Virus record (IMG/VR): IMGVR_UViG_3300014204_000123
Coordinates: 69,714-133,713 of that record
Strand: one strand, 5' to 3'
Source: a virus
Lineage: Duplodnaviria; Caudoviricetes
DNA: 64,000 bases
Position numbers and translations under genes: made by a program. This document shows, piece by piece, positions 55,894-63,793 of this stretch. Under the pieces are notes generated by a model. That model was not told where the DNA came from and did not search any database. It was given only the letters and a program-made list of their open reading frames with translations. The stretch's first letter is position 1, and every line of letters starts with the position of its first letter.

Positions 55894-56347
55894 TAACGTT
55901 GCTCACAAAATGACGATCTACCACGTCAAAGACAAAAACATAGTAGATCTCCTAGATGCTGCGTCTGAATACATGGTGGAGAACATTGCTTCCGGGGTGG
56001 ACCCTAAGCTGTGGTTCCTTTTCTTGGAGTCACGGGAGCATGAGTATGTGGAGGTCAGGGGAAAGGATATGGCGGACGTGGTTGGGAAGGCTATGGCGAT
56101 TCCCCATCGCCGGGCGGTTTGTGTCTCGCCAACCGAGTCTATGTGGGGATATGTTTTGGTGGTGTGGCGTGGGTTCATTTCCGCTTCCCCGCTGAGTTAC
56201 ACTGTTGGCCATGCCAATATAGGCCCCAACGGCGAGGTGGTCTATTCAAGGTTCACGTCGAATCCAGAGCTGGTAGGGTATGCGCCTGGGGAAGGTTGGA
56301 CGCAAGATCCTAAGACAGGCTGGTGGGTCAGGATAGTGGAGATATAG
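55880..56347 (+). CDS. hypothetical protein
   Basis: GAGGG SD before ATG 55880. Confidence 0.55.
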   Translation: MKQDSNVAHKMTIYHVKDKNIVDLLDAASEYMVENIASGVDPKLWFLFLESREHEYVEVRGKDMADVVGKAMAIPHRRAVCVSPTESMWGYVLVVWRGFISASPLSYTVGHANIGPNGEVVYSRFTSNPELVGYAPGEGWTQDPKTGWWVRIVEI

Positions 56348-56671
56348 GTGCAGAGCATTTATAGAGTGGTGAGGTCGGGAAGGAATGTGGACGTTGACGA
56401 TCGCCTTCTCCAACGAGGGGGAACGTTTATGCGGGATAGCAATCCCAAGCGGGCGATTCTGACTTGGGCAAGGCGAACATTCGCCAGACGCCTGTGGAAG
56501 CGCGAGGGGGAACAGATCGCTGCATGGATCGTTTCCCCATGTGGTAGGGTCAGGTTTGCGGTGGTGAAGATCTCCGGTTTCGCCAAGAATCGGGCAGTGC
56601 TTGAATTGGTGGTGTTTGAACGCCGTCGTGACCGTGACGGACCGGAGCAAAACTTAGGGGGCAGGAGATGA
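56348..56671 (+). CDS. basic hypothetical protein
   Basis: GGAG SD; fills the gap. Confidence 0.5.
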   Translation: MQSIYRVVRSGRNVDVDDRLLQRGGTFMRDSNPKRAILTWARRTFARRLWKREGEQIAAWIVSPCGRVRFAVVKISGFAKNRAVLELVVFERRRDRDGPEQNLGGRR

Positions 56672-57156
56672 CGGTAAGAGAAATTCTGGGCGACCAAATA
56701 GAGTTGTTCAGGCTGTCTTATGGCCTTCCAGAGGTCAAAGAGTGGATTAGGTCAAAGGATTATCTGGCCATCCGGTTTGAAGATGCTGGCTATGTGGAGC
56801 ACCCGGAGCGCATACGTGTTTGGCTTCGTGGCAAAGGGTGTGCGGATGTTTCCACAACCGAAGAGGCTATCACTTGGCTTGCCGACCGGGGCTTGGATAT
56901 CAGGAGTGAGCCAGAGCGACAGGGTTTGCCCAAGCCCGATGAGCGGATACGGGGCAACGTTACAGTCATGTGGATTTGGAATACCCAGGTGGGGCGGTTG
57001 GAGTTCTGGAGGCGCCCCAGGCAGGGCACATGGCAGGTATTGCTTTCTCCTCTTTGCAATTTCGCCAAGGCTATCGATTTGGAGTTCAAGACTCAGCAAG
57101 AGGCGATAGATATGGTGGGTCGGATTCTAGGAGTTCGGACGCCAGACTCTGAATAG
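56668..57156 (+). CDS. hypothetical protein
   Basis: ATGA overlap; SD. Confidence 0.6.
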   Translation: MTVREILGDQIELFRLSYGLPEVKEWIRSKDYLAIRFEDAGYVEHPERIRVWLRGKGCADVSTTEEAITWLADRGLDIRSEPERQGLPKPDERIRGNVTVMWIWNTQVGRLEFWRRPRQGTWQVLLSPLCNFAKAIDLEFKTQQEAIDMVGRILGVRTPDSE

Positions 57157-57157
57157 G

Positions 57158-57171
57158 TGCAATCGATTGCA
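57158..57171. promoter_or_regulatory. perfect palindrome TGCAATCGATTGCA
   Basis: between stop 57156 and SD; 20-bp context identical to 48782-48801. Confidence 0.7.
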
Positions 57172-57185
57172 GATAGGGGGAGAAA

Positions 57186-57599
57186 ATGGTTGACGAGACT
57201 TGCGAAGTCGGGCGACGGACCGGGAAGCGCGATGCGTGGTTGATTGAGACATTGGTGGAGGGCATTGGAGAACCTGGGTACCGGCTGATCATCATGTGCG
57301 GGGACCGGGTCCCTCTTCTCGTCGACGGAGCGCCACCTACGGCTACTCTTCGTGAGATCGTTACCGGGTACGTCCCGCCGTTTTCCAAGTATTGGGTCAT
57401 GGTTGGCGGGCACCGATTCAGCGTGGAGTACAGGGGAGAGTCCCCTTGTTCGGTCGGCCGTGGCGGTGACCTATTCATTTTTTCATACAGAGGTCCTGGC
57501 CTGACTGGGGTCAATATGTGGGAGGTTGCGACCGAGGCCGCTAGGTCTGGGGCTTGGAGGCTAGTCGAGAAAGAGGAAGAGATGGAACGGGAGATTTAG
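57186..57599 (+). CDS. hypothetical protein
   Basis: GGGGGAG SD. Confidence 0.6.
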   Translation: MVDETCEVGRRTGKRDAWLIETLVEGIGEPGYRLIIMCGDRVPLLVDGAPPTATLREIVTGYVPPFSKYWVMVGGHRFSVEYRGESPCSVGRGGDLFIFSYRGPGLTGVNMWEVATEAARSGAWRLVEKEEEMEREI

Positions 57600-57617
57600 C
57601 GCCTTTCATTTTCCCTC

Positions 57618-57646
57618 TTGACAACGTTCAAGACTAGGCTTATGTT
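57618..57646 (+). promoter_or_regulatory. sigma70-type promoter TTGACA-N17-TATGTT
   Basis: intergenic; consensus -35. Confidence 0.7.
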
Positions 57647-57678
57647 GCTTGTGAGGCCGATGGACGGCCTAAGAGGAA

Positions 57679-57888
57679 ATGGGAATGTGGGATGATATCG
57701 TCTACCTAGCGGCTATGATTTGGGTCCCCTTGGGGCTTCCTGCGGCCGGAGCCGGGGTGGTTCTGACCCATTCGTGGTTTATGTCCGGTTCGCTGGGTTT
57801 GGGGACCTTGGGGGTGATCCTGGTTTTTGCCCTGTTCGTTCTGTATTACATGGCGCTAGAAGCCATGTTTGGCCACAAGCACAACTAG
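57679..57888 (+). CDS. small two-TM membrane protein
   Basis: two hydrophobic helices. Confidence 0.6.
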   Translation: MGMWDDIVYLAAMIWVPLGLPAAGAGVVLTHSWFMSGSLGLGTLGVILVFALFVLYYMALEAMFGHKHN

Positions 57889-57897
57889 GGGGCCTAA

Positions 57898-58515
57898 ATG
57901 TTGGTTTATAAACTGACCGATGCCGATGGGCGAACCAGCGACGGGTATCAATGGGAATTAGGGGTAACCAGTGTTGTAAATGGGAAGGGGGATTTGCGTG
58001 GTCCTGGTTGGTTTCGTTGGCATAATTCGCCGGAGGTAGAGGTATTAATGGGCGGGATGCTAGGTCATTCTTCCCCATTGTCCATGAGGTTGTTCGAGGC
58101 AGAAGCGGGTGGCGAAGTATGTCGTGATGATTACTACAACATTGAGGGATTCAGTACGGAATTGACGTTAGTTCGAGAGATAGTGCCGCCAGTGATAACG
58201 GTAGAGCAGAGGGAAAAGATCGCCATTTTGTGTGCAAAGAAAGTATGCAATAATGCCCGATGGCTATCGTGGGCTGAGTTTTGGCTATCAGGGGAAGATC
58301 GAAGTGAGGAATCGGCTTATGCTACCATGAGGGCGGTGGTGCTTAAAGTGAATACTTCTGCGTTGGTGGCTGTGCAGATGGTTGCATCGGTGAGCGATGT
58401 AACAGAAGGGACGGGAGTAGCAATGAGGTTCGCTGCCTTGGAATCATGGGGAGATTTGATGGAAGATCTCCAGTCTATCATTAGTTCGGTATTGGGGGAG
58501 AGCCATGAGTTGTAG
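57898..58515 (+). CDS. conserved phage hypothetical protein
   Basis: YKLTD..G.T...YQW..G ... TLVREI ... WA..WLSGEDRS. Confidence 0.65.
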   Translation: MLVYKLTDADGRTSDGYQWELGVTSVVNGKGDLRGPGWFRWHNSPEVEVLMGGMLGHSSPLSMRLFEAEAGGEVCRDDYYNIEGFSTELTLVREIVPPVITVEQREKIAILCAKKVCNNARWLSWAEFWLSGEDRSEESAYATMRAVVLKVNTSALVAVQMVASVSDVTEGTGVAMRFAALESWGDLMEDLQSIISSVLGESHEL

Positions 58516-58735
58516 GCATAAATGGGTCTACCCGTATCAAGTAGTAGGGGGCCTGCTGGAAAACCCAGGGTGCTGGGATGCTGGAAATGGGGCTATGATG
58601 ACAAAGGCCGTTTGCTCCAAGTGTGGGAAGTATCGTGTGGAGATTCGGAGCTACTGCGGGGAGCGGGACGGCGACAAGAGAGTTACGTTCCGCCCGGCGG
58701 ATAAGGTCTCTTTGGAGTGGCTGTGGAGGGAATGA
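58505..58735 (+). CDS. small Zn-ribbon protein
   Basis: C.HKW...GG..ENPG...CSKCG. Confidence 0.6.
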   Translation: MSCRHKWVYPYQVVGGLLENPGCWDAGNGAMMTKAVCSKCGKYRVEIRSYCGERDGDKRVTFRPADKVSLEWLWRE

Positions 58736-58736
58736 T

Positions 58737-59201
58737 ATGGTGAAGGTTTTGATGTGGATAGGGGCTGTAACTCTCTTGTTCGCAGGGGCTGCATTGTGGT
58801 ACTTGGCTGCCACCGTGACAGCGGAGCAGGCTTGGACTGGGATTGCCCTGTATTTGTGGGCTGTAGCTTGCGTGCTTTTGTGGATGGTTTTTGTGCTAGG
58901 GGTGTCGTGTGGTCTTCCTTCCCGAAAAGAGAAGCAGGGGAGCCAGCCTGTACCGGCCTCTTCGCTTGTGGTTCCTGAGCCAATGCCGATTCGCAACGGT
59001 GGTGTTTCGGTGTGGGATCTGGTTATCTCGGATATGAAGGGCCGGGACGAGTTTGGCAGGCGCAAATACGGGACTCCGCTCCAAGTCAATAATGGGCGAG
59101 ATCCATTGGTTGATGCTTACCAAGAGGCTCTTGACCTTGTCGTTTACTTGCGACAGGCGATAGAACGAAGGACAACGGTTGACAAGTCTAGGAGAAAGTA
59201 G
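58737..59201 (+). CDS. two-TM protein fused to a MazG-like NTP-pyrophosphatase-type helix pair
   Basis: DM..RD..G..KYGT.L...NGRD.L.DAYQEALDLVVYL. Confidence 0.55.
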   Translation: MVKVLMWIGAVTLLFAGAALWYLAATVTAEQAWTGIALYLWAVACVLLWMVFVLGVSCGLPSRKEKQGSQPVPASSLVVPEPMPIRNGGVSVWDLVISDMKGRDEFGRRKYGTPLQVNNGRDPLVDAYQEALDLVVYLRQAIERRTTVDKSRRK

Positions 59202-59203
59202 AG

Positions 59204-59578
59204 ATGGAGAAGAGGAAGATAGATACAGAGTGCCAGCGGCTTGTTTGTGCGCTGAATCTTATCCCTGGTATTGAGACTCTGTCCTCTTGCTGCGGTCATG
59301 GGTCGCATGAGTTCTACGTGTTCTTCTGCATAAGCGGGACCGGGGGCCTCGACTTCCTTGTGAGCACTCTGGGGTCTAATAACATGGACTGGAGCGTCCA
59401 GGTGTACTTTGGGAACAGGAAGTCCAATGGTGATGGGACCATGTTCTATCTGGCCACGACCTCGGTTGGCGACGAGGCGTATGCTGCTGCCGATTCGTTG
59501 GCTACGGCCCTCCGGGATCGGATACTGGGTAGTTATTGGGTAATAGAGGGAGTCCCCGTCAAGATAGTGGAGGACTGA
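59204..59578 (+). CDS. TYW3/Taw3-like fold protein
   Basis: ID.....LV.ALN.IPGIETLSSCCGH. Confidence 0.5.
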   Translation: MEKRKIDTECQRLVCALNLIPGIETLSSCCGHGSHEFYVFFCISGTGGLDFLVSTLGSNNMDWSVQVYFGNRKSNGDGTMFYLATTSVGDEAYAAADSLATALRDRILGSYWVIEGVPVKIVED

Positions 59579-59580
59579 GC

Positions 59581-59784
59581 ATGGGAGGACTGAGGCCTAA
59601 GCGTTGTGAGCTGTGCTCTTTTTGGGATGGCCGTGTGCTTGTAGACGGGTCACGTCTTTTCGATACTGCGGTATGTTGGTCCGATGGCAAGGTAACGGGA
59701 TATGGCAATTGCTGTGATGGCTTCTATCCAAGGTCAAGAGCTGTTAGATCCCTGGATGGTTACAACTTGGGGGGTTGCAAATGA
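59581..59784 (+). CDS. small Cys-rich protein
   Basis: C..C.FW...C...CC. Confidence 0.5.
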   Translation: MGGLRPKRCELCSFWDGRVLVDGSRLFDTAVCWSDGKVTGYGNCCDGFYPRSRAVRSLDGYNLGGCK

Positions 59785-60077
59785 GATCGCTTCCAGAAGA
59801 CGGGCAGTTCCAACGTAGTGAATGGACGGGGGAATACTGCCCCAAGTGCGGGATGGAAACCATACAAGTTACGTGCTCGGGCTGTGAACATCAGTTTGAG
59901 TATTGCGAGGAGTGTGGTTGGACGCCGGAAGATGTCGAGACGGAGGCGAAGAAAAGGCTACAGGAGCAAGTAAAGCGGTTGACAGAGTATATCGCCAAGT
60001 CATGTTCCCCGGCTTGTGTCCCCGGCAGAGATATCCTGTGTGACGGGTGCCCCATTCCCTCGATTCACAAGGAGTAG
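59781..60077 (+). CDS. Zn-ribbon protein
   Basis: CPKC, CSGC, CEEC. Confidence 0.55.
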   Translation: MRSLPEDGQFQRSEWTGEYCPKCGMETIQVTCSGCEHQFEYCEECGWTPEDVETEAKKRLQEQVKRLTEYIAKSCSPACVPGRDILCDGCPIPSIHKE

Positions 60078-60081
60078 CACC

Positions 60082-60651
60082 ATGTTAGGTGAAGAGGTTG
60101 GGGAACAAGCTCGGTGTGCGGCATGTTTCAGGGCTGGGGACAAGGCCAAGATGGCGAAGCCTGCTTCAACCGCGGCTGGGAGTCAGTATTGGTTCTGCGA
60201 TGCTACGTGTTATGGCGCATGGTTCTCATCTCCGTCGCGGTTGTTGTCGCGTGTGGACTCATTGGTTCCCCTGGAATTATCGGTTGCCCAGGATAAGGAT
60301 GCTCGGACGGCGGCGGTAGAAAACAGGTTGCGATCTCATATAGGTGAAGCCTTCGACGCGGCAAGGAAGGCCAAGGGCCTCAGTATCCGGGCATTGGCGA
60401 AAGAGATGGGGACTTCCATTTCCCAGGTCCAGCGGATGCTCCACGAGGATATAGGTGGCGGCCTTACGCTTAGAACGCTGGTCAGGGGAGCGGATGTTCT
60501 AGGGCTGTCTGTTTCGTTCCATCTTGAACCACAGGAACAGGCTTACGCAAGAGACGCACTGGAGTCCCTTAAGCGGTGGGAAGGCAAGCTCTTGTCTTCG
60601 ATGATGCTGCCGCACGAGTTGCTGGAGGAGAAGCCCCATGGGGAAAGATGA
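60082..60651 (+). CDS. XRE-family HTH regulator with N-terminal TRASH/YHS-like Cys domain
   Basis: CAAC...YWFCDATC; ARKAKGLSIRALAKEMGTSISQVQRM...LTLRTL....VLG. Confidence 0.75.
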   Translation: MLGEEVGEQARCAACFRAGDKAKMAKPASTAAGSQYWFCDATCYGAWFSSPSRLLSRVDSLVPLELSVAQDKDARTAAVENRLRSHIGEAFDAARKAKGLSIRALAKEMGTSISQVQRMLHEDIGGGLTLRTLVRGADVLGLSVSFHLEPQEQAYARDALESLKRWEGKLLSSMMLPHELLEEKPHGER

Positions 60652-60946
60652 CATTGGTTCATTCATTCGCCAGCCGCTTTCTAGCCTGGAGGTTGTTAGG
60701 GGCCATGTGTCCGATGATGACTTTTGGTCCATGTGGACGGCACAGTTTGGGGATGCCACAGGTGCCGTTCGAGGTATCCTGCACAGGCGTTATGCCCGGT
60801 GGGTATTCGGCAAGGGGAAGGTTATGAATCTGGTCTTTCTGGACGAGAATGCCCGCGGAGCTTTCCCGGTGACGGTTGGCCCTGGACATCGCCTTATCTA
60901 TGCCCATTTGGCTGTGAACAGGTGGCTGGACGGTCTAGGTCTTTGA
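60638..60946 (+). CDS. hypothetical protein
   Basis: GGAGGAG SD. Confidence 0.5.
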   Translation: MGKDDIGSFIRQPLSSLEVVRGHVSDDDFWSMWTAQFGDATGAVRGILHRRYARWVFGKGKVMNLVFLDENARGAFPVTVGPGHRLIYAHLAVNRWLDGLGL

Positions 60947-60963
60947 GTTGACGGGGGTGCCGC

Positions 60964-61233
60964 ATGATATGCAGAAAGAAGAACTCAATGATAGAGGCAG
61001 AAGAGATCACGCCGGAGGTTTTCGAGCCCGGCTATGTTCCTGTTGGCCTGTTTGCTGCAAAAGAGGTTGAAAAGTTAGTGCCCGAAGTAGGCGGCGGCAG
61101 GGTTTGGATTCGGGGGAGTTATGGGCTGGGGTCGGTGACGGTAGGTGATTTCCTGGTAAGGTTTGATGATGGTACGATTGATGGATACTGCCGGGATGCT
61201 TTCTGGGACAGGTTTGAGTTTGTCAGCGAATGA
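60964..61233 (+). CDS. conserved phage hypothetical protein
   Basis: RKK..IEA...V.VGDFLV...G..Y..D.F...FE.V. Confidence 0.6.
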   Translation: MICRKKNSMIEAEEITPEVFEPGYVPVGLFAAKEVEKLVPEVGGGRVWIRGSYGLGSVTVGDFLVRFDDGTIDGYCRDAFWDRFEFVSE

Positions 61234-61242
61234 GGTGGTCTG

Positions 61243-61845
61243 TTGAAGAGCTATTCATTGATTTGGGTACTGAGGCCGCATCTTCACAAGATGCCGAAGG
61301 CGATATTGAGATACTTGTGGTATGTCGTCCGGCATAAGTGGTGGGTTGTGGTTGCCGGGGTGGTCCTCATGCGTCGGGGGAAGGTCCGTTTGTCCGAGGC
61401 GCTGCCGTTTGTCTGGAGGCTGTTGGTCCATGACTTATCGAAGCTGAGACCATCGGAGCTGTTTTCATATGCGGCCTACTTCCACACCAATATCAGGTCT
61501 GTGGAGTGCGGTAGACTGAGGGCAGAGTTTGGGCTGCCGGAAAGGGCTCCGCAGGGGGCTTGCTTGAAGGACCACTTCAATAGGTCATGGCTCAAGCACC
61601 AAAGAAGGAACGATCACCACTGGCAGTATTGGCTTCTCAAAGAGGATGGCGGCGGGGCGGCTTCCCCGTTACCAGTGCCAAGGGTAGCGGTGCTGGAGAT
61701 GGTTGCAGATTGGATGGGAGCGGGCCGGGCCATTGCAGGGAAGTGGGAGGTCAAGGATTGGTACTATCGGAACCGATTAGTGATTGATCTGCATCACGAG
61801 ACTCGGGCCTTGCTTGATGGATGGATGAGAGCGTTCGGCAATTGA
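61243..61845 (+). CDS. HD-like domain protein (DUF5662-like)
   Basis: RHK, HDLSK, H..RNDHHWQYW, EMVADW.GA. Confidence 0.75.
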   Translation: MKSYSLIWVLRPHLHKMPKAILRYLWYVVRHKWWVVVAGVVLMRRGKVRLSEALPFVWRLLVHDLSKLRPSELFSYAAYFHTNIRSVECGRLRAEFGLPERAPQGACLKDHFNRSWLKHQRRNDHHWQYWLLKEDGGGAASPLPVPRVAVLEMVADWMGAGRAIAGKWEVKDWYYRNRLVIDLHHETRALLDGWMRAFGN

Positions 61846-61850
61846 TTGCA
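61837..61850. promoter_or_regulatory. palindromic junction motif variant GGCAATTGATTGCA
   Basis: overlaps stop 61845; 15 bp identical to 30341-30355. Confidence 0.6.
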
Positions 61851-61869
61851 GGGGACCAATGGAGGGTTT

Positions 61870-62100
61870 ATGGGTACTGTAGATATTTGTTTTGCTTTGG
61901 AATGTTCTGGCTGTGGGAAGCCGCTGGAGGGTAGATTTCTGGGGAGGAGTATGGCTGGGGGAAGTATGGTTTTGGAAGTTGACGTATGCGAGAGCTGTCT
62001 TCTTGACGCCGAGAAGGAAGCGGAAAATCGGATATGGAGGTTGACCAATGAGAGTTATCAAGAGCCTGTTGAAGGGGAAGAGCATCATAGCGAGGCATGA
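61870..62100 (+). CDS. small Zn-binding protein
   Basis: CSGCG...CESC; GGAGGG SD. Confidence 0.55.
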   Translation: MGTVDICFALECSGCGKPLEGRFLGRSMAGGSMVLEVDVCESCLLDAEKEAENRIWRLTNESYQEPVEGEEHHSEA

Positions 62101-62344
62101 GCCCATACAGTTGCATCCGTGGGATCATCCTGGGATCGGTAAGATCGTCGTCAATTGGTACTGCGGGGGATATTCAGAGCGAGGGCGTTACCTTGGTCAA
62201 GAGGGAGAACTTCCTGAGTGCGGGAACGAGTTCACGACGGTAGAGGACATAGAAGACTGGCTGGAGGACCATTGCAGTACGGAGTGCCCTGACTGTGGAA
62301 GGGTATTGTTGCAAAACCCAGACGCCAGTAGTTGTTGCCATTAG
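62048..62344 (+). CDS. Zn-ribbon protein
   Basis: C...ECG..F...CPDCG; GGAGG SD. Confidence 0.55.
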   Translation: MRVIKSLLKGKSIIARHEPIQLHPWDHPGIGKIVVNWYCGGYSERGRYLGQEGELPECGNEFTTVEDIEDWLEDHCSTECPDCGRVLLQNPDASSCCH

Positions 62345-62823
62345 CTACAACCGGCAATGGTGCCGGAGAGCCCGCACTGGCCATGCGGAATAGAATGCTT
62401 GAATGCTTATACAAAGACAATGCCCGGTCTGGCCAACCGGGCAATTTTAGGGAGTCGATAATGATGGCCCGGACGATATTGGAGGCGAAGCAGACGGCAG
62501 CTAGAATGGCCAGAGAATATGCGGGAGAGTGCATACTTAGATGCAGGCCCCTCTGCCCTGAGTTCGCAACCAAGTCGGGGCCTTACGATGCCATTTATGA
62601 GGCTGCAAGGTTGCGCTTCAATGAGGACATACTGGAGGAGATAGAAACACGCCACGGGATCAGCCTGCTGCGGGCGATGGAGGAGCGGGAGGCGTGGGAA
62701 TGGGCATATGACAACGCACCTATGCTTGGCTGGCCGCCCAGGATCATTGTATTGGTGGGCCGTTGCGAGCGGGTTGAACTGCGGAGAAGCGAGCCCTTCG
62801 TTTACTCCTTTGACCAGCCCTAA
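62332..62823 (+). CDS. hypothetical protein (start uncertain)
   Basis: fills the gap. Confidence 0.5.
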   Translation: MLPLATTGNGAGEPALAMRNRMLECLYKDNARSGQPGNFRESIMMARTILEAKQTAARMAREYAGECILRCRPLCPEFATKSGPYDAIYEAARLRFNEDILEEIETRHGISLLRAMEEREAWEWAYDNAPMLGWPPRIIVLVGRCERVELRRSEPFVYSFDQP

Positions 62824-62867
62824 TCCCAGCATTTGGACTGCCTGATTTTTCTTGCATCATTTCCCCC

Positions 62868-62896
62868 TTGACATACCCGTCGCTCCGGCTTATGCT
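62868..62896 (+). promoter_or_regulatory. sigma70-type promoter TTGACA-N17-TATGCT
   Basis: intergenic; T-rich upstream element. Confidence 0.75.
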
Positions 62897-62918
62897 TTTA
62901 TTGAGACGGAGGGAAGCA

Positions 62919-63158
62919 ATGAGCCGGTGGATGATCATGGACGACGAGAATCGGATGCTTTGCGTCGGTGGTTGGACTAGCATTCAGGCTTGTGCGCTAG
63001 CCTATCCCACGAAGGAATCTGCTCCGGTAGAGATTGTTCGTCCTGGGACGTTGGGCGAATATATCCTATCCAGAAGTCGGGACGGGATTGAGTTTCGTGG
63101 CATACAGAACGCAACAGGCCGGATCTGCCCGGTCGAAGCAATCTTGGTGGAGGTCTAA
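62919..63158 (+). CDS. hypothetical protein
   Basis: GGAGGG SD before ATG 62919. Confidence 0.55.
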   Translation: MSRWMIMDDENRMLCVGGWTSIQACALAYPTKESAPVEIVRPGTLGEYILSRSRDGIEFRGIQNATGRICPVEAILVEV

Positions 63159-63395
63159 ATGCTTGATTCTAATTCGACTTTGATTGTTATTGCGGTGGGG
63201 AGGAGGCTTACCCTTTGGTCTAACGGGTTATCATACCCGTGCGTTGTGGAGCATGTAGGAACTCGGGAATTCCGGTGCAAGATAGGTCAGAATGAACGAG
63301 GTAGGCTCTACCCCGGAGGGAATAGATTCAGTTTGAAGACGGGTCGCCCTATAGGGGGCCATTTTGACGGTGCGTTTACGGAGGTGAATGGATGA
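63159..63395 (+). CDS. small beta-barrel protein similar to 42886..43425
   Basis: shared FSL.TG..IG motif. Confidence 0.55.
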   Translation: MLDSNSTLIVIAVGRRLTLWSNGLSYPCVVEHVGTREFRCKIGQNERGRLYPGGNRFSLKTGRPIGGHFDGAFTEVNG

Positions 63396-63793
63396 ACAAT
63401 GAAGCGTTGATTCTGAGATGTTTGGAACTGTTGAGTGGTTCTGCAAAGCAGGAACCGACTGTGGACTACGCCCAAGGCTCGGGGCAGGTTCACCCCAGAG
63501 TTGGGCAGTTCTGTATAGTCCGGTGTCGGGATGCCGGGGTGTGGGCAGGGACCGTGAAGGCCGTGAGAGGTCTGGAGTGCGAGATTGATCTTGTAAACGC
63601 CAGACAAATGTGGAAGTGGCGAGGCGAGTTCGTTTTGCCAGAAATTGCGCGCAATGGCCCCATTCCCTCAAAGGACAACAGATACTCGGTCATAGTCCCG
63701 GAGCATACCCTTGGCGGGTGGTGCCAGATTATGCCATGTACTGAGATCGCCAAAGAAAAGATCCTGGGGGTTCCAAATGCGAAACCGATGTAG
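63392..63793 (+). CDS. DUF6948-like protein
   Basis: CIVRC..AGVWAG.V...L.NARQMW.W.G..L.EIA..G ... I.PCT..A. Confidence 0.7.
   Translation: MNNEALILRCLELLSGSAKQEPTVDYAQGSGQVHPRVGQFCIVRCRDAGVWAGTVKAVRGLECEIDLVNARQMWKWRGEFVLPEIARNGPIPSKDNRYSVIVPEHTLGGWCQIMPCTEIAKEKILGVPNAKPM

Noticed and set aside
14874-56350. In-frame TAG-start junctions (14876/14877, 18517/18518, 33226/33227, 56347/56348) suggesting amber recoding
   Set aside because: Conserved genes are intact under code 11, several downstream genes have their own SDs, and a TerL-portal fusion is implausible
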